Shown here: piece by piece, positions 10,024 to 19,932 of the stretch
Numbering within the stretch: the stretch's first letter is position 1
How the letters are laid out: every line of letters begins with the position of its first letter
DNA from: Propionibacteriaceae bacterium
GTDB lineage: Bacteria > Actinomycetota > Actinomycetes > Propionibacteriales > Propionibacteriaceae
Assembly: GCA_035535395.1 (NCBI GenBank)
Contig: DATLQC010000164.1
Span: 1-46,497 of the forward strand
DNA: 46,497 nucleotides
Direction: 5' to 3'
Made by a program: the position numbers and the translations under genes
The notes under the pieces: model-generated
The model's input: only the letters and a program-made list of their open reading frames with translations
Databases searched by the model: none
Told to the model about the DNA's origin: nothing

Positions 10024-10055
10024 GATATTTCTATTTGACAAGGAGCCATGCGGTT

Positions 10056-11462
10056 ATGAATACATACGAGATATCCCGCCGCCGGTTCTTGCAGGTTGCC
10101 GGCGCAACCATGGCGGGTGCAGCGCTTGCGGGATGCACAGCTGAGGAACAGGCAGTCCAGCCGACGCCTGCGACGAACGTCCCGACGCCCACCACAACGT
10201 TCACCGAGCCGACGCGCAAGCTGTCCGGTGACCTCAAGATTCTGCTGTGGAGCCACTTCGTACCGGCACATGATGAGTGGTTCGACCCGTTCGTGCAGGA
10301 CTGGGCGAAGCAAGTCGGCGTCAACGTCACCGTCGACCACATCAACCAGGCGGAAATCCCGGCCCGCACCGCGGCCGAAATCCAAGCCAAGCAGGGCCAC
10401 GACCTCATTCAATACATCGCCACGTTCTCGCAGTTCGAGCCGAGCGTTGTCGACCTCAAGGATGTCGTACAAGAGGCCGAAAAGCGGCACGGCAAGATGC
10501 TCGACGTCGTTCGGAAGTCGAGCTTCAATCCAAACACCAACAAGTACTACGCGTACGCCCCGGCCTGGGCCCCCGATCCCGGCGACTATCGAAAGAGCAT
10601 GTGGGAAAAGGTGGGCCTGCCTCAGGGGCCGTCGACCTGGGACGACCTCCTCAGAGGCGGCGCCGAGATCAAGAAGGCCCAAGGCATTCAGATGGGCATC
10701 GGGATGTCTCAGGAGATCGACTCCAATATGGCCGGACGTGCGCTGCTGTGGTCATTCGGCGGCTCGATTCAAGACGCCAACGAGAAGGTCGTTCTCAACT
10801 CGCCGGAGACCGTGGCGGCGGTCGAGTTCATGACAAAGCTCTACAAGGAGTCCATGACGCCGGAGGTGTTCTCCTGGAACGCCGCGTCCAACAATCAGGG
10901 CCTCGTCGCCGGCCAGATGTCGTACATCCTGAACTCCATTTCGGCCTGGCGTACGGCACAAAGTGAGAACCCGTCGGTGGCTGACGATATCTCCTTCGTA
11001 CAGGCGCTCAAGGGACCGAAGAACGCGCTCGTTGCGCAACACGTCATGTACAACTGGATCGTCCCGACGTTCTCCCCGAACGTTGATGCGGCGAAGGAAT
11101 TCCTGCTGCATTACACAGCGAACCTGCCATCGGCGACCTTCCACTCGAAGCTATACGACTTCCCGGCGTTTGCTGATGCGGTGCCTGACCTTGACGGCTG
11201 GCTATCGAAGGATCCGTTTGGCGCCAATCCGCCAGACAAGCTCGCCGTACTGAAAGATGCGACCAACTGGTGCACCAACATCGGACACCCGGGACCTGCC
11301 AGTCCCGCGATCGGCGAGGTGTTGTACACCTTCGTTATTCCGAACATGTACGCCAAGGCAGCTCGCGGAGAGCTCTCACCGCAGCAATCGGTTGCCGAAG
11401 CCGAGAAACAAATCAACAGCATCTTCCAGAACTGGCGTTCCCGCGGACTCGTCGCGGGATAG
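10056..11462 (+). CDS. Carbohydrate ABC transporter substrate-binding lipoprotein (Tat signal)
   Basis: 'SRRRFL' twin-arginine motif, lipobox 'LAGC', CUT1 family features; RBS aaggag. Confidence 0.9.
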   Translation: MNTYEISRRRFLQVAGATMAGAALAGCTAEEQAVQPTPATNVPTPTTTFTEPTRKLSGDLKILLWSHFVPAHDEWFDPFVQDWAKQVGVNVTVDHINQAEIPARTAAEIQAKQGHDLIQYIATFSQFEPSVVDLKDVVQEAEKRHGKMLDVVRKSSFNPNTNKYYAYAPAWAPDPGDYRKSMWEKVGLPQGPSTWDDLLRGGAEIKKAQGIQMGIGMSQEIDSNMAGRALLWSFGGSIQDANEKVVLNSPETVAAVEFMTKLYKESMTPEVFSWNAASNNQGLVAGQMSYILNSISAWRTAQSENPSVADDISFVQALKGPKNALVAQHVMYNWIVPTFSPNVDAAKEFLLHYTANLPSATFHSKLYDFPAFADAVPDLDGWLSKDPFGANPPDKLAVLKDATNWCTNIGHPGPASPAIGEVLYTFVIPNMYAKAARGELSPQQSVAEAEKQINSIFQNWRSRGLVAG

Positions 11463-11485
11463 CCCGTACGACGGGAGGCACAGGC

Positions 11486-12541
11486 GTGGCTGTTGTCGAG
11501 GTACGCAACCTCATTAAACACTTCGACGGCGGACGCGGACACGGACACGTCAGCGCGATTGATGGCATCAACCTCGCAACGCACGAGGGCGAATACCTCG
11601 TCTTATTAGGTCCGTCCGGCTGCGGCAAAACCACACTGCTGCGTACCATCGCCGGGCTCGAGGATCCGACAGAGGGTGAGGTGCTGATCGACGGCACTGT
11701 CGTCAATGGCCTGCCACCGCGACTGCGGCGTATCGCCATGGTCTTCCAAAGTTATGCGCTCTACCCGCACAAGACGGTTCTCGACAACATCGTCTTTCCG
11801 CTCAAGGCAGCCCAGCTTGACAAAGCAGAACGCGAACGCAAGGCCCGCTGGGCGGCCGAGCTGCTCGGCATCGATCAGTTGCTGACGCGCCGGCCGCGGC
11901 AACTGTCCGGCGGCGAACGGCAACGCGTCGCATTGGCGCGAGCACTGGTACGCGAACCGGAGGTGTTTCTGCTCGACGAGCCACTATCCAATCTCGACGC
12001 CAAGCTGCGAGCGAGCGCTCGTGATGAGCTCAAACGCTTCCAGCAACGCGTCGGGACGACGACGATCTACGTGACGCATGACCAGTCGGAGGCGATGGGC
12101 CTCGGCGACCGGATTGCGGTGATGGAGCGCGGTCGGGTACGGCAACTGGCCCCGCCGGTGGAGGTGTACGACGAACCGGCGGACACCTTCGTTGCGACCT
12201 TCCTTGGATCGCCGCCGATGAACCTGGTGCCGCGGGATAGCCATCTGGTCGGCTTCCGGCCGGAGCACCTGTTGCCGGAGGATCTACTTCAGGGCGAAGA
12301 CAAGATCCGGGTGCCCTTCACCGTGGATCGGATCGAATATCTGTCAGGTGATCGATATCTCTATGGGACCGTGCACCGGCTTGGCGAGGAAACCCGCGTC
12401 ATCACCCGGCTCCCGGCTACCGTGACGCTACCCGTCGAGGCTGGCGAGGAGCACACGTTTGCCGTTGCTGCGAACCGACTGCGGTTCTTCGATGCGACTA
12501 CCGGTGAACGGTCGGCGCCTATGCCGTTGCGCGAGGACTAG
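11486..12541 (+). CDS. Sugar ABC transporter ATP-binding protein (MalK/MsiK-like)
   Basis: Walker A GPSGCGKT, signature LSGGERQ, 'LLDEPLSNLDAKLR', 'YVTHDQ'; GTG start after ggagg. Confidence 0.95.
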   Translation: MAVVEVRNLIKHFDGGRGHGHVSAIDGINLATHEGEYLVLLGPSGCGKTTLLRTIAGLEDPTEGEVLIDGTVVNGLPPRLRRIAMVFQSYALYPHKTVLDNIVFPLKAAQLDKAERERKARWAAELLGIDQLLTRRPRQLSGGERQRVALARALVREPEVFLLDEPLSNLDAKLRASARDELKRFQQRVGTTTIYVTHDQSEAMGLGDRIAVMERGRVRQLAPPVEVYDEPADTFVATFLGSPPMNLVPRDSHLVGFRPEHLLPEDLLQGEDKIRVPFTVDRIEYLSGDRYLYGTVHRLGEETRVITRLPATVTLPVEAGEEHTFAVAANRLRFFDATTGERSAPMPLRED

Positions 12542-12543
12542 TC

Positions 12544-13497
12544 ATGGTTCAAACCACGGCACCAAGGCCCGACACCGAGGCGGCAGCCCAGAACAAGGTC
12601 GGCCGCCGTGATCGCCGCCACTTGTCCGACCGGGAAGGGTTTCTGGCGTGGGCGATGTTGCTGCCATCGGTTGTCTACATCGTCGCGCTGGTCGGACTTC
12701 CGCTCTTGTTGGCTATCGCTTTTTCCTTCAGCGATGTCACCGCTGGAGATCCTTCCTTCGACTGGGCTGGTTTGGCGAACTATCGACGCATCTTCGACGA
12801 CCCGGTGTTCTGGCGGTCGCTGCAAAACACGATCATCTTCACCGTCGGCTCGATGCTCCTCATCGTGGTATTCGGCAAGGTGCTTGCCAACATCCTGGTC
12901 GCCGACTTCCACGGCAAGTGGATCGTACGATTCTTCGTTCTGTTGCCATGGACCACACCGGTGGCGTTGTCGGCCATCGCATGGCTGTGGTTGCTGGACT
13001 CGATCTTCAGCCCGATCGACTGGATGCTGCGCCAGGTGGGATTGATCAACGGCAACATGTATTGGCTTGGCCGTCCCAACCTCGCGCTGCTCTCCGTGAT
13101 CGCGGTTCACGCCTGGCGGCTCATCCCGTTGGCGGCTGTGATCATGATGGCCGGGCTGGTGGCGATTCCAAAGGATCTGCAAGAGCAGGCGGAAGTGGAT
13201 GGCTCCGGCTATTGGCGGCGGATGTTCGAGATCACCATCCCGCTCATGATGCCGCTTATCGCCGTCGCCGCCTTGTTCGGCGCGATCGTGACATTCACCG
13301 ATATGACGGTCGTCTATGTATTGACGCGCGGCGGCCCGACGAACTCGACACAAGTCCTGGCCTCGTGGGCGTTCTTCCGCGGTATTGAAGGTGGAGACAT
13401 CGCGCAAGGGGCCGCGGTGGCGCTGTTTCTCTTTCCGCTGTTGCTTGCCGCTGCCATCCTCATTCTTCGCGCGGTGCGCCGAATGGACGTGATGTGA
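12544..13497 (+). CDS. Sugar ABC transporter permease
   Basis: Six TM segments; EAA-like loop 'EQAEVDGSG'; 'LTRGGP'. Confidence 0.93.
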   Translation: MVQTTAPRPDTEAAAQNKVGRRDRRHLSDREGFLAWAMLLPSVVYIVALVGLPLLLAIAFSFSDVTAGDPSFDWAGLANYRRIFDDPVFWRSLQNTIIFTVGSMLLIVVFGKVLANILVADFHGKWIVRFFVLLPWTTPVALSAIAWLWLLDSIFSPIDWMLRQVGLINGNMYWLGRPNLALLSVIAVHAWRLIPLAAVIMMAGLVAIPKDLQEQAEVDGSGYWRRMFEITIPLMMPLIAVAALFGAIVTFTDMTVVYVLTRGGPTNSTQVLASWAFFRGIEGGDIAQGAAVALFLFPLLLAAAILILRAVRRMDVM

Positions 13498-13498
13498 C

Positions 13499-14383
13499 AT
13501 GGCGACCGTCGCAGTATCGGTCGAGACGCTTCGGCGCCGTGCAATCCGCCGCCACCGGCTAGCCCGTGTCGGGTTGTATCTCGCCGCCGTTGCTGCCGCA
13601 CTTGTCTGTGCCGGTCCATTCCTCTGGTCCCTGATCACTGCGTTCAAACAGAGTCCGGACCTCTATCAGCGAGACAACAACCCGTTCTGGTACAACCTGC
13701 CATCGACCCGCAAGCACGTGGTGTACCTGTTTGAAAACACAGCGTTTCTCACGTTCGTGTGGAACACGCTGTGGGTGGGGCTGGTGGTGGTTGCGATCAC
13801 CTTGTTGCTCAGCCTGCCCGCCGCGTACGCGCTTGCCCGGCTCGACCGGCCGTGGTCAGGGCCGATGGCCATTGCCATCTTCTTCGTCTATCTCGTGCCG
13901 CCGACGTTGTTGTTCTTGTCGCTGTCGCGTCTGGTGGTTGCGGTTCACCTCCAAGACAACACCTGGTCCCTGGTGCTCGTCTATCCCACGATCACCATCC
14001 CGGTATCGGTCTGGCTCTTGGTCGGCTTCCTCAAGAGCATTCCGAAAGACATCGAAGAGCAGGCCATGGTGGACGGGTATAGCCGGCTGGGCGCATTCGT
14101 ACGGGCAGTCGTGCCGCTCGCCTTTCCGGGAATCGTCGCGGTCATCGTCTTCACATTCACACTGACAGCGAGCGAGTTCATTTACGCGCTTGCTTTCGTT
14201 TCACCGACTGCCGAGAAGGTGATCAGCACCGGCGTACCGACCGAGCTCGTACGCGGTGACGTGTTCTTCTGGCAGTCGCTGCAGGCAGCCACCGTGCTCG
14301 TGGCATTTCCGATTGCGTTTGTCTTCAACCTGTTCCTCGACCGGTTTATCACCGGCTTCACTATGGGCGCCGTCAAGGGTTGA
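13499..14383 (+). CDS. Sugar ABC transporter permease
   Basis: 'PAAYALARL', 'IPKDIEEQAMVDG', C-terminal 'GAVKG'. Confidence 0.93.
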   Translation: MATVAVSVETLRRRAIRRHRLARVGLYLAAVAAALVCAGPFLWSLITAFKQSPDLYQRDNNPFWYNLPSTRKHVVYLFENTAFLTFVWNTLWVGLVVVAITLLLSLPAAYALARLDRPWSGPMAIAIFFVYLVPPTLLFLSLSRLVVAVHLQDNTWSLVLVYPTITIPVSVWLLVGFLKSIPKDIEEQAMVDGYSRLGAFVRAVVPLAFPGIVAVIVFTFTLTASEFIYALAFVSPTAEKVISTGVPTELVRGDVFFWQSLQAATVLVAFPIAFVFNLFLDRFITGFTMGAVKG

Positions 14384-14453
14384 TGGGACTTTCGCCTCTG
14401 CTGATCAACCTTCTGGGTCGCCACAGTGGATAGGAAGCCAATCCCCGGAGGTG

Positions 14454-14915
14454 ATGATGAGCGCGCCTCGGATTGTCGTTGGGATCGACGACACGCCGAC
14501 GGCTCGCGCTGCTCTGCGGTGGGCGGCACAACAGGCCCGCATCATCGGAGCCACTGTACGGGCAGTGCATGTGATCGACTGGCCAATCGGTATTGAGGCC
14601 TATGGATCGGTTGAGCTCGATGAAGATGGCCATCTGCCTGAGGAGAAGGTCAGTGCCACTTACCGGCGAGGAATCCGCCGCGTCTTCGAGGAAGCGTCGC
14701 CGGAGCCGGGATGGCAGCTGCAATTCGCCGAAGGTGAGACTGGACCGGTGTTGATCACTGAGGCCGCCGATGCCGATCTGCTGGTCATCGGGACACGTAC
14801 GACTCCACCTGACTGGACTGGCGACATTGCTGGTCCTGTGGCACATCACTGTCTGAGCCGCACGACCTGTCCGGTGGTCACGGTGCCTTTGGAGCGTGAC
14901 CCAGAGCGTCAGTGA
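14454..14915 (+). CDS. Universal stress protein
   Basis: 'RIVVGID...ALRWAA', 'ADLLVIG', 'CPVVTVP'. Confidence 0.88.
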   Translation: MMSAPRIVVGIDDTPTARAALRWAAQQARIIGATVRAVHVIDWPIGIEAYGSVELDEDGHLPEEKVSATYRRGIRRVFEEASPEPGWQLQFAEGETGPVLITEAADADLLVIGTRTTPPDWTGDIAGPVAHHCLSRTTCPVVTVPLERDPERQ

Positions 14916-16123
14916 CTCTTTACCCGGGCGCGTACGACGGGGATCACTAGTCCCGCAAAGCTCGCCATTGCACACAGGCTGACCGTCGTGGTGACAATGC
15001 CGAGCGGCACCGCAGTGTGTTCACCGGCAATGCCGACGAAGGGTGCTGCCACTGCTCCGAAGACGAACTGGCTGAGGCCCTGCAGTGAGGATGCGGTACC
15101 GGCCAGGTCCGGATAGTCGGCCATCGCAAGCGCGTTCGCCGTGGGGAAGATCAGGCCCACAGCGGACACCATGACGAGTAGTGCGCCGATCAACACCGGC
15201 AGCGGAAGTCTGCTGATCACCGTGCCAAGCACCGCGACCGCACCGACGAGATTGATCAGAAGTCCGAGACCTAATACCCGTGTCAGCGGCCACACCAAGG
15301 CAATCCGTGCTCCGACCTGGGCAGCGCCAACTAGACCGAGAGAGATCCCTCCGAAGACGAAGGAGAAGCCTTGCGGCGACATGCCGTAGATCCTTTGCAG
15401 GACAAAGGTCGAGCCGGCAATGTAGGCAAACATGGTGGCGCCGGCGAGACCCGATGAGAGTGCGCAACCGACGAAGAATCGATCGTGGAGCAAGGTGTTG
15501 TAGCCCTGCAACGTGCGACGGAAGCCTCCTACGACTCGGCGTTCCGGTGGCAGTGTCTCGTTGAGGCCAAACCATCCGGCCAGAAGTAGCGCCGCACCGA
15601 ACCCCGCCAGTACACCGAAGATGCCGCGCCAACTCATGATCCGGCTCAGCTGGCCGCCAAGGATTGGAGCGAGCACTGGTGCTAGTCCTGCGATCAACAG
15701 CAATCGAGAGAAGAAGATCATCAGCGCAGATCCGGAATAGAGGTCGCGCGCGATGGCCCGGGAGATCACGATTCCAGCCGCTCCGCCGAGGCCCTGGATG
15801 AGCCGGAGCGCAATCAGCACTGTCGCAGAAGGCGCAAGGGCGCAGGCCACGGAAGCCAAGAGATAGGCAACCAATCCGATCATGAGCGGCCGTTTGCGGC
15901 CGAGTCGGTCCGACAGCGGACCTGCCACAAGCTGACCAACAGCCAAACCCACGAGGCAGGCGGTGATCGACAGCTGGGCGGCTGAAGCCGAGGCATTGAG
16001 GTCGTCGGCGAGTTGTGGCAGTGCTGGGAGATAGAGGTCGAGCGAGAGTGGCCCGAACATGGTGAGCCCGCCGAGTACCACGACCATTCGAGCCGGCGGC
16101 CGCGGGGCATCGGGGGCGTCCAT
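14909..16123 (-). CDS. Bcr/CflA family MFS multidrug efflux transporter
   Basis: 'DLYLPALP', motif A 'GPLSDRLGRK', 'RLIQGLGG', 'APILGG'. Confidence 0.92.
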   Translation of the reverse strand: MDAPDAPRPPARMVVVLGGLTMFGPLSLDLYLPALPQLADDLNASASAAQLSITACLVGLAVGQLVAGPLSDRLGRKRPLMIGLVAYLLASVACALAPSATVLIALRLIQGLGGAAGIVISRAIARDLYSGSALMIFFSRLLLIAGLAPVLAPILGGQLSRIMSWRGIFGVLAGFGAALLLAGWFGLNETLPPERRVVGGFRRTLQGYNTLLHDRFFVGCALSSGLAGATMFAYIAGSTFVLQRIYGMSPQGFSFVFGGISLGLVGAAQVGARIALVWPLTRVLGLGLLINLVGAVAVLGTVISRLPLPVLIGALLVMVSAVGLIFPTANALAMADYPDLAGTASSLQGLSQFVFGAVAAPFVGIAGEHTAVPLGIVTTTVSLCAMASFAGLVIPVVRARVKSH

Positions 16124-16229
16124 GCCGAAACCCTAGGGCGTTGCGGAATCCGCTGCTGCGTGATTCTGCTGCCCATCATCGCCACTTTCGTGCTCAGTCG
16201 AGCGCGCACAACCCGGCTGGCAGCCGACC

Positions 16230-17237
16230 TTAGTCGACCTCGGTGACCGTAAGGGTGATTGGAAAGTGGTCGGAGAATCCGTTCTGATTGACTGGCTTGC
16301 CCATTCCGCCGAATGGGATTGGCTTTGGGTAGACACCTGAGTTGATCATCGCCGGCAGTTTGAAGATCTGCACTGTGGCTGGATCGATCTTGATCGAGGC
16401 GTCAGCGGTGGCCATGTTCTTGTTGACCAGGAACTGGTCGAGCATGTTGGGCTGGTTGTCGAAGTAGAAGCTCCCGTCGGGAGCGCCGGCGATCGGCCAC
16501 ATGAGATTCCACAAGAGTGGCTCCTCACGTGCGGAGGTGACTTTGGCTCGCTGGCGGGTGCTGAGTGCATGTCGGACAAGTGAAGTGTCGAACGGTTCGT
16601 CGTTGAAGTCGCCCATCGCGAGCACGGGTGTCTGTCGTCCATGCACCTCCAAAACCCGCTGGTGGAAGTAGCTAAGCGTCTCTCCGGCGATGGCACGGTA
16701 TCCCTCAGATTCGAACTGACCGCCGCTGCGGCTGGGCCAGTGGTTACCAAAGACTGCCCAAGTCCGCGCAGCCGCAGTAGTGGTTGTGAAATTGACCTGC
16801 ACGATCTCGCGTGTGGCATGGCGGCGCATCACGACATGGAAGAACACTGACTCTTTGAGAGGTAGGGGCACCTGGAACAAGCTGTCGTCGTAGATGAAGG
16901 CGACATCGATTCCTCGGGCATCGTTGGTGTCGGCGTGGACAACCGTGTAGTTGCGGGGCGTCGACAGTGTTCCGTTTACTCTGTCAACGAGTCGCTCGAC
17001 GACGAAGCGGTTTTCGACCTCGCAGACACCGATCAGGTCGGGCCCTAAGCCGGTGTTCATCGCCGCGATCACCGAGGCGAGCTGGTCGATCTTTCGATCG
17101 CGCAGTTGTGGCGTCCAGCCGGTGATGTCGTCCTTGATCGCGCGGAACACCTTGTCGGTTCGCCGGCCGAGCGCAACCGCATTCTCCTCATCGAATAGAT
17201 TTTCCAGGTTCCACCACGCGATGTGATAAGTCCGCAT
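16230..17237 (-). CDS. Endonuclease/exonuclease/phosphatase family protein
   Basis: 'WNLENLFD', 'CEVEN', 'NHWPSR', 'GDFNDEP', 'FSDHFP'. Confidence 0.92.
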   Translation of the reverse strand: MRTYHIAWWNLENLFDEENAVALGRRTDKVFRAIKDDITGWTPQLRDRKIDQLASVIAAMNTGLGPDLIGVCEVENRFVVERLVDRVNGTLSTPRNYTVVHADTNDARGIDVAFIYDDSLFQVPLPLKESVFFHVVMRRHATREIVQVNFTTTTAAARTWAVFGNHWPSRSGGQFESEGYRAIAGETLSYFHQRVLEVHGRQTPVLAMGDFNDEPFDTSLVRHALSTRQRAKVTSAREEPLLWNLMWPIAGAPDGSFYFDNQPNMLDQFLVNKNMATADASIKIDPATVQIFKLPAMINSGVYPKPIPFGGMGKPVNQNGFSDHFPITLTVTEVD

Positions 17238-17265
17238 TGAGCTTCCCGGTCGCCGGAGCTGGTGA

Positions 17266-18033
17266 TCACCGCAGCTCGTCAGCGCGCTTGGCGCCTTGAG
17301 CCCGCAACCACCCAGCTAGATCTGGTTGAGTGGCGTCATCGACCAGATCGAGCGGTGTCTTGTCATCCCACCCCATCCAGTTAATGTCCGCACCTCGCGC
17401 CAGTAGATACTTCGCCGTATTCGGCTGCCCACCGTGGCAGGCATTCCAGAACGACTGAGTGATCACTTCGCGATCCGGCTCAGGCCCTTCGGCGAACGCA
17501 GCCTCAACACGATCGAGTAACCCAAGAGCAGCGGCATCGCTCAGCCGGGTCTGCGCCCCTCGCTCGACGAGCCTCCGGGCGGCTTCCCAGTTGCCGAACC
17601 CAGAGGCATCGGCCAGCGGAGTGCCACCGCCAAGCACGGCCCCATTGGCCTCGATGTCGGCTCCAGAATCGAGCAGCGCATCAAGCACTGCAACGTCATT
17701 GCTGCTGGCCGCCCAGTGCAGCGGCGTTTCAGTGTGAGAGCTGAACCGGCTATGTGCATTTACATCGGCGCCTGCGGCAACCAGACGCTGCACAATCGCG
17801 GGACCGTTGGGAAAGTGACCCGGCCAGTCGGTCGCCGCATGTAGCAGGGTTCGATAACCGGCCCAGTCGCCGATGCGCGCCGTCGAGAGCCACGGATCGG
17901 CGCTCAGCAACCGCTCGAGCGCATCAAGATCACCAGCTTGGATCGCCTGGGTGGCCGCGACCGCACGCGGATCATCGGCTGCAACGAGCCGAACGGTGTA
18001 TTCCTCATCTGACTCAGTCGCCACGGCTGTCAA
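17266..18033 (-). CDS. Cytoplasmic ankyrin-repeat protein
   Basis: 'RTLLHAA', 'ETPLHWAAS', 'GADVNA', 'GADIN...TPLD'. Confidence 0.88.
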   Translation of the reverse strand: MTAVATESDEEYTVRLVAADDPRAVAATQAIQAGDLDALERLLSADPWLSTARIGDWAGYRTLLHAATDWPGHFPNGPAIVQRLVAAGADVNAHSRFSSHTETPLHWAASSNDVAVLDALLDSGADIEANGAVLGGGTPLADASGFGNWEAARRLVERGAQTRLSDAAALGLLDRVEAAFAEGPEPDREVITQSFWNACHGGQPNTAKYLLARGADINWMGWDDKTPLDLVDDATQPDLAGWLRAQGAKRADELR

Positions 18034-18127
18034 GGTACATCCGTGTCTGATCTGTCCCAGCTAGCGGGCCATGTCTGGTTGCTTCTGACCGCGCTGGGCC
18101 GCAGAGTAGAACGCGGAGGCCTGACAG

Positions 18128-19426
18128 ATGAGACCCATCCGCCAGTTTGCGGTTCTGGCGACTGTCGTTCTTGGCATCACCGCGTGCAACGGGGGAGCGC
18201 CCGCGGCATCCCGTCCATCCGAACAGCCAACCTCACCAGCAACCTCGACCAGCCCAGCGGCGACCAGCGGGCCGAGCACCGAGCCGACGAAGAAGCGATC
18301 AGCCAAGCCGGACGCCAGGGAGCAGGCCAAGCTGAATGAGCAGTTGATCAAGGCCGCCTGGGACAACGACCTTCGCCGCGCCCGAACGCTGATTGCCCAA
18401 GGTGCTGATGTCAACGCCAAGGACACCACTGTCCAGAGCGCGTACCTCATCTCCACGAGCGAGGGCTACCTGGAGCTCTTGGACCTGACGCTCAAGCACG
18501 GCGCAGATGTCGACTCCAAGGACTCCTTCAACGGCACGGGCCTGATCCGCGCCGCCGATCGCGGCCACGCCGACATTGCTGGCCGGCTGGTCCGGGCCGA
18601 CATCAAGATCAACCACAGCAACAACCTGGGATGGACGGCCCTGCACGAGGCGATCATCCTTGGCGACGGATCACGCCGCTATGTCGACACCGTACGGGTC
18701 CTGGTCGCTGCAGGTGCCGATGTACGACTGCCGTCCCAACGTGATCAAATTGCGCCGCTGCAGCACGCAACATCCAAGGGACACAACGAGATCGCACGCG
18801 TCTTACGCACTGTCCTAGAGGCTGACAAACCCTCGAAGCGACAGGCCGAGAGACGTCTGCTCGCGGCCGCGGAAAGCGGTGACGCCACTGCAGCGGCGCT
18901 CGCTATCCGGGCTGGAGCCAGCCTTGAGAGTCGCGACGATCGCGGCCGTACGCCGCTGCTCCTTGCTGTCACCGAAGATCATCTCCCGGTCGCCCGATTG
19001 CTGGTCTATCTAGGCGCAGATCCGGATGCACTGGACGGCCAGCAGGACACCCCATGGCTGGTTACGGGGGTAACCGGCAGCGTCGACATGGCCGAAGTGC
19101 TGCTCCCCACCCAGCCTGACCTGACGATCCGAAACCGGTTCGGCGGGACTTCCCTGATCCCGGCCAGCGAGCGCGGTCACGTCGGCTACGTACGGCGGGT
19201 GGTACGCACAGACACCGATGTCAACCACGTCAACAAGCTGGGCTGGACCGCCCTGCTGGAAGCTGTGATCCTTGGCGACGGATCAAAGCGCTATCAGCAG
19301 ATCGTGATGATCTTGCTCGATGCGGGAGCCGACGCCAGTATCGCCGACCGCCAAGGCGTCACGGCGCTTCAGCATGCCGAGCGGCGCGGCCATCGCGAAA
19401 TGGCGCGCATCTTGCGGAACGCCTAA
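18128..19426 (+). CDS. Ankyrin-repeat lipoprotein with a duplicated module
   Basis: Signal peptide with lipobox 'ITAC', S/T/P-rich linker, two copies of 'LGWTAL.EA.ILGDGS.RY'. Confidence 0.88.
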   Translation: MRPIRQFAVLATVVLGITACNGGAPAASRPSEQPTSPATSTSPAATSGPSTEPTKKRSAKPDAREQAKLNEQLIKAAWDNDLRRARTLIAQGADVNAKDTTVQSAYLISTSEGYLELLDLTLKHGADVDSKDSFNGTGLIRAADRGHADIAGRLVRADIKINHSNNLGWTALHEAIILGDGSRRYVDTVRVLVAAGADVRLPSQRDQIAPLQHATSKGHNEIARVLRTVLEADKPSKRQAERRLLAAAESGDATAAALAIRAGASLESRDDRGRTPLLLAVTEDHLPVARLLVYLGADPDALDGQQDTPWLVTGVTGSVDMAEVLLPTQPDLTIRNRFGGTSLIPASERGHVGYVRRVVRTDTDVNHVNKLGWTALLEAVILGDGSKRYQQIVMILLDAGADASIADRQGVTALQHAERRGHREMARILRNA

Positions 19427-19452
19427 CCGGCGCTGACCAAAGGAGGTTGCCA

Positions 19453-19929
19453 ATGTCCTACCCACCGGCCACTTATCACGGGACGGGCGAGGCCAGCGCC
19501 CGCCTTACCCCGAGTGGCACTCCGCCGGATCTCACCTACAACAACAAGGTGGAGGTCCACTATCTAGCCAGCGGAGCCTCCACTCGCGGCCAATTTGGGC
19601 TCTACCGCTGGACGTTTGGACCAACACGCAGCGGGCCCGATCCACACTTCCACCGCAGCATTTCCGAGTCGTTCTTCATCCTCGACGGCGAGGTGGAGCT
19701 GTACGACGGCCGCGGCTGGCGCACCGCGCATGCCGGGGACTTCCTCTTCGTGCCTGAGGGCGGCGTACACGGCTTCCGCGGAGCCGGACCTGCCTCGATG
19801 TTGCTCCTTTTCGCCCCCGGAGCGCCTCGCGAAGAGTACTTCGAGACGCTGGCCAAACTTGCGGATCAACCGATGTCTGAAGAGGAGCGTGCGGCTTTCA
19901 TGAACCGGCACGACACGTACTGGGTGTGA
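19453..19929 (+). CDS. Cupin domain protein
   Basis: 'PHFH...ESFFILDGEV' and 'GDFLFVPEGGVHGF'; RBS aggagg. Confidence 0.9.
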   Translation: MSYPPATYHGTGEASARLTPSGTPPDLTYNNKVEVHYLASGASTRGQFGLYRWTFGPTRSGPDPHFHRSISESFFILDGEVELYDGRGWRTAHAGDFLFVPEGGVHGFRGAGPASMLLLFAPGAPREEYFETLAKLADQPMSEEERAAFMNRHDTYWV

Positions 19930-19932
19930 GCC

